Translations under genes and position numbers: made by a program
The notes under the pieces: generated by a model
What the model was told of the DNA's origin: nothing
Databases searched by the model: none
The model's input: the letters and a program-made list of their open reading frames with translations, nothing else
In this document: piece after piece, positions 44,309-47,223 of the stretch
Numbering within the stretch: position 1 is the stretch's first letter
How the letters are laid out: each line of letters begins with the position of its first letter
From: Thermoplasmata archaeon
GTDB taxonomy: Archaea; Thermoplasmatota; Thermoplasmata; Lutacidiplasmatales; UBA184
Reading direction: 5' to 3'
DNA length: 47,223 nucleotides
Assembly: GCA_049799275.1 (NCBI GenBank)
Contig: JBARHO010000247.1
Span: 1-47,223, forward strand

Positions 44309-45004
44309 CTACGGGCAGCGGAACGCCGAAAGTCCCAGACGCTCTCGGCGTATGGGTGCGGCGGCCCGGCGCACCGCCCAGCGCCGGAGACTGGGGCAGA
44401 TCTCCTGCGTCCCACCATGGTCCACCAGCGCGACGGATCCCGAATGAAAGCGCCGATCGATGAACGAGAACTCCCGGAACGCCCGCGGGTCCGAGTGCGG
44501 CACATCGTACAGGAACAGGTCGATCTCCCCCAGCTCCTCGGCCAGCAAGGGAAGGACCTCTTTCTTGTCCCCGATCCGCAGGTCCCATCGTTTCCGCAGA
44601 CGGAACGGGACCGCCCAGCCGGATGAACGGCCGGGCGGGATGCTCCAGGACGGGTTCCGACGCGACGCAGCCGACCGAGTGTCGGGTTTGGGCAGATCGA
44701 CGGAGTGCAAGGTTCCCCGCTCGTTCCGCTCGAGCGCACGCAGGAAGTACGCCGACGAGACGCCCGAGGAGACCCCCACCTCCACGACGTGTCGAGGGCG
44801 GAGGAGACGGACCAGGGCATAGAGCTCGATCGGGGCGTCGATCTCGATGTACGAGCCCCGCCCTTCCTCACGATGCATCTGGTCGAGCTGTCGGAAGAGC
44901 CCCTTCTCTGCCTGGCCGTCCCGGATCGCTCCGATCGACCGCGCGGCGCTGACCGCAGCGAGTTCGGAGACCCAGGGGGCATCCGGGTCCGATTCAGGTT
45001 GCAT
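44309..45004 (-). CDS. Class I SAM-dependent methyltransferase (Methyltransf_24 / O-MT-like)
   Basis: VVEVGVSSGVSSAYFL (motif I-like), LHSVDL and IDLFLYDVPHS (motif IV-like). Confidence 0.5.
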   Translation of the reverse strand: MQPESDPDAPWVSELAAVSAARSIGAIRDGQAEKGLFRQLDQMHREEGRGSYIEIDAPIELYALVRLLRPRHVVEVGVSSGVSSAYFLRALERNERGTLHSVDLPKPDTRSAASRRNPSWSIPPGRSSGWAVPFRLRKRWDLRIGDKKEVLPLLAEELGEIDLFLYDVPHSDPRAFREFSFIDRRFHSGSVALVDHGGTQEICPSLRRWAVRRAAAPIRRERLGLSAFRCP

Positions 45005-45023
45005 GGGGAGGTCCTCGCGGGGC

Positions 45024-45467
45024 CTACGGCTCGAGCTCCTTCCAGTTCCCGATCCACTCGCGTGCGGTCTCCACCTTCGGGCGGACCGCGCGGATCCGCG
45101 AGTAGGCCTCCTCTAGGGAGAGCTTCTCGTTGCGATGGAGGTACCACGCGGCGGCGAGCGGGGACCGACGCACCCCGTGTCCGCAGAACACGAGCACGGG
45201 CTCGTGTGCCCGGTGAGCGGCGGCCATCTCGGTCGCGACCCGATCCAGGTTCGGGAGGATCGGGGCGTCCGTCCCCGCGTCGTAGATCGGAACGTGCGTG
45301 GCCGGGGGCATGTCCTTCGGAGCCTCGTCGAGCACACAGAACCGTTTTCCCGAAAAGTGGAGCGCGTCGTTCCAGCCTCCAAGGAAGATCCCCGGCGCGA
45401 TCTCTTGAGGGCTCGGGGGCGTCCCCTTCGCCGAGGTAGCTCGCTTGGTGCGTTTCGTTGTCGCCAT
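45024..45467 (-). CDS. Dual-specificity (Cys-based) protein phosphatase
   Basis: ATG at 45467. IFLGGW... and the active-site loop VFCGHGVRRSP (C-x5-R-S). Confidence 0.7.
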   Translation of the reverse strand: MATTKRTKRATSAKGTPPSPQEIAPGIFLGGWNDALHFSGKRFCVLDEAPKDMPPATHVPIYDAGTDAPILPNLDRVATEMAAAHRAHEPVLVFCGHGVRRSPLAAAWYLHRNEKLSLEEAYSRIRAVRPKVETAREWIGNWKELEP

Positions 45468-45586
45468 GGTAGGCTCGATCCCGTCACAGATTATCAAGCA
45501 ACTGGCTACTGGAACAGTTAGTGTGAAACTTATCATTTGTCCCACTTCCCGATGGGGCTAAGAGCCCATTCCCCCTCACTTCCGGC

Positions 45587-46687
45587 GTGCGCGTCGCGCC
45601 GCCCGTCGACCTGAGCCCGGAGGAACGGGCGCTCCTGCTACGTTGGTCCCGCGGCAATCCATCACGCGACGTGAGGGCCCTGCGGGCTCGGATCGTTCTC
45701 CGAGCCGCGGCCGGCCTGGAGGACATCGAGATCGGCCGACAGCTCGGGGTGAGCCGACTCACCGCGGCGCGCTGGAGACGGCGATTCCTGACCGCGCGGC
45801 TTCGAGGGATCCAGCGGTCGAGCGTCCGGGTCCCGAGGGGAGGGGGGATACCGGATCCCCGGGTCCAGGAGATCCTGCGGGCCTCGACCCTGGGCGCCCG
45901 GCTCGGCCCCCGGCGGGTGAGCACGCGGACCCTCGCCCGGCGGTTCGATGTCAGCCACACGACCGTACGCCGGCTCTGGACGGAGTTCGGGGTGCGACCG
46001 GCGAGCATCGAGGCATTGCCCCTTCGCCCGGATCCCGTCCTGCCCCTCGAACCATGCGATGTGGTCGGCCTCTATCTCCGCTCGCCGGATCTCGCGTTCG
46101 CTCTTCTGTTGGGACCCCGTGCGCCGGGACCGTTGGATCGCCAGGGAAGTGGACCGGACCGTCCTGTGCAAGATCTCTCCCGCCGGTGGGCGCGGGAAGT
46201 ACTCCCCCTCCCCTCGGGCGTCGGGTCCGTTCTTCTTCCCGCGACCCCATCCCCTGCCCCTCGCCTTCGAGAGTTCCTCCGGTTCCTCGGAGAGGTCGAA
46301 CAGGCGACGGGGCGGGGCCGACCTGTAAGCATCGTCGCCACGCTACCGGGCCTCTCGGCCGAGAGAGAGCTCGGTTCGTGGCAGGCTCGGCGCCCCAACT
46401 TTCGTCTGGACCGGTTGGAGACCCGAGAGGCGTGGAGGAGCCGGGTAGAACGAGATCTCGACCGGACCGGTCGTCGCGGGGTCTCTCGACGAGGATCGCA
46501 CGGTCGTAGCGAAACGACCCGGGCCATCCGATTGTTCCTTTCCACGTACTCGGACGCGAGCGGTCCGTTCTCGTGGGTAGCGTCCCCCCATGAGGTAGGT
46601 ACGAAGGACGCCGGATCCCGCTTACGCTACGACCTCAGCGTTACGGGCCACCACGGGTTCAAGAAGCCCGCCGCGGTTGTCGCGCCA
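45587..46687 (+). mobile_element. IS630-family transposase-like ORF, catalytically degenerate (remnant or domesticated), with no stop codon before the next gene
   Basis: Frame opens after the TGA at 45524, with a GTG at 45587. Two HTH modules (LSPEERALLLRWSRG...IGRQLGVSRLTAARWRRRF; VSTRTLARRFDVSHTTVRRLW), then DVVGLYL, EFLRFL and PFSW. The DDE Asp positions read LLLG and IVATLPG. No terminal inverted repeats were found. Confidence 0.6.
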
Positions 46688-47223
46688 ATGCGGACCCCTC
46701 CACCTCCGGACCCGCGCGCTCGCGAGATGGCCCGAGTGGTGCTCGGAAAGTGTCTGCATGTTCGGTCGGGCGAACATGTCGTCGTGGAGAGCTGGTCCGA
46801 GACGCTGGACTACGCGAACGCGTTCATCCTCGAAACGCTCCGCTTGGGGGCCCGGCCCCTTCTCCTCTACCAGGACGAGCCGACCTACTGGGCGGCGGTC
46901 GCTGAGAACCGCCCGTCGAACCTGGGGCGAGTGGGCGACCACCTTCGGGCGGCGATCGCGAGGTCGGATGCGCTCGTCACCTTTTTCGGACCGAGCGATC
47001 GGGAGCGGTTCCATGCGCTCCCCACCTCGACGATCTTCCGCCTCAGCGAGTACCGGGATTCGCTCTACGCCGCGGCTGCGAAGGCGCGCACCCGGGCGGT
47101 GCAGATCGCCTTGGGCCGTGCCTCTCCCGCCTCCGCACAGATGTACGGGGTCGACCTCGCGGCGTGGAGGACCGAGCTCGTCGACGGGACCACGGTCGAT
47201 CCGGAGGTGTTGCATCGGAGGGC
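46688..47223 (+). CDS. Aminopeptidase, M29 (AmpS/PepS/aminopeptidase T) family, partial at the right edge
   Basis: MRTPPPPDPRAREMARVVLGKCLHVRSGEHVVVESWSETLDYANAFILETLRLGARPLLLY... It is absent from the ORF track because there is no stop in the window. The antisense 197-aa track ORF is its shadow. Confidence 0.6.
   Translation, partial: MRTPPPPDPRAREMARVVLGKCLHVRSGEHVVVESWSETLDYANAFILETLRLGARPLLLYQDEPTYWAAVAENRPSNLGRVGDHLRAAIARSDALVTFFGPSDRERFHALPTSTIFRLSEYRDSLYAAAAKARTRAVQIALGRASPASAQMYGVDLAAWRTELVDGTTVDPEVLHRR

Noticed and set aside
45643-46509. 288-aa track ORF (frame 1) and the overlapping 126-aa and reverse ORFs in the IS630-like region
   Set aside because: The translations are Arg/Pro/Gly-rich without motifs. 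The unlisted frame starting at GTG 45587 gives a collinear IS630-type transposase-like sequence.
46622-47215. 197-aa reverse ORF at the right edge
   Set aside because: It is antisense to the M29 aminopeptidase frame, which shows the family-typical N-terminus. The translation is Arg/Gly-rich.
1-47223. CRISPR arrays, integrases, toxin-antitoxin pairs or known defence-system signatures
   Set aside because: No regularly spaced direct repeats, no cas-like genes, no tyrosine or serine recombinase motifs and no obvious small TA pairs were seen. The only defence-like element is the lone SPPY methyltransferase.

Overview
High-GC archaeal chromosomal segment with about 50 genes. Archaeal hallmarks are RNA polymerase subunit K (Rpo6), an intron-containing tRNA-Tyr, class III signal peptide pilin-like proteins, an archaeal-type UMP kinase, TATA-like boxes about 25-40 nt upstream of several starts, and a stand-alone 5S rRNA not linked to 16S/23S. 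The unlinked 5S suggests a Thermoplasmatota-like lineage, but that is only a guess. Most of the window is housekeeping: adk, pyrH, two tmk-like genes, rpiA, a transaldolase, a TktC-like gene, nfo, MTA phosphorylase, an MVD-family decarboxylase, rpoK, three tRNAs and the 5S rRNA. Several less ordinary pieces are interleaved. (1) A tightly coupled Tad/Epd-like type IV filament operon has two FlaI-type ATPases flanking a platform protein split into two half-size genes, followed by an SPPY DNA methyltransferase. (2) A 647-aa polytopic membrane protein looks like a membrane pyrophosphatase (H+-PPase) homolog that has lost most catalytic acidic and basic motifs. (3) A transketolase C-subunit-like protein lacks the ThDP-contacting residues and is translationally coupled to nfo. 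(4) A polyphosphate module (Ppx/GppA plus CHAD) sits in one co-directional block with four NMP kinases. (5) A GvpD/KaiC-like two-domain ATPase is divergent from a C2H2 zinc-finger protein. (6) There is a class III nucleotidyl cyclase-TPR protein. (7) A catalytically dead IS630-like transposase ORF runs in frame, with no stop codon, into an M29 aminopeptidase. (8) A roughly 0.4-0.5 kb ORF-free structured region lies downstream of tRNA-Gly(CCC). No CRISPR array, recognisable defence system or intact mobile element was seen. All family assignments rest on motifs read from the translations and on recalled family consensus sequences, so they need HMM or structure confirmation.
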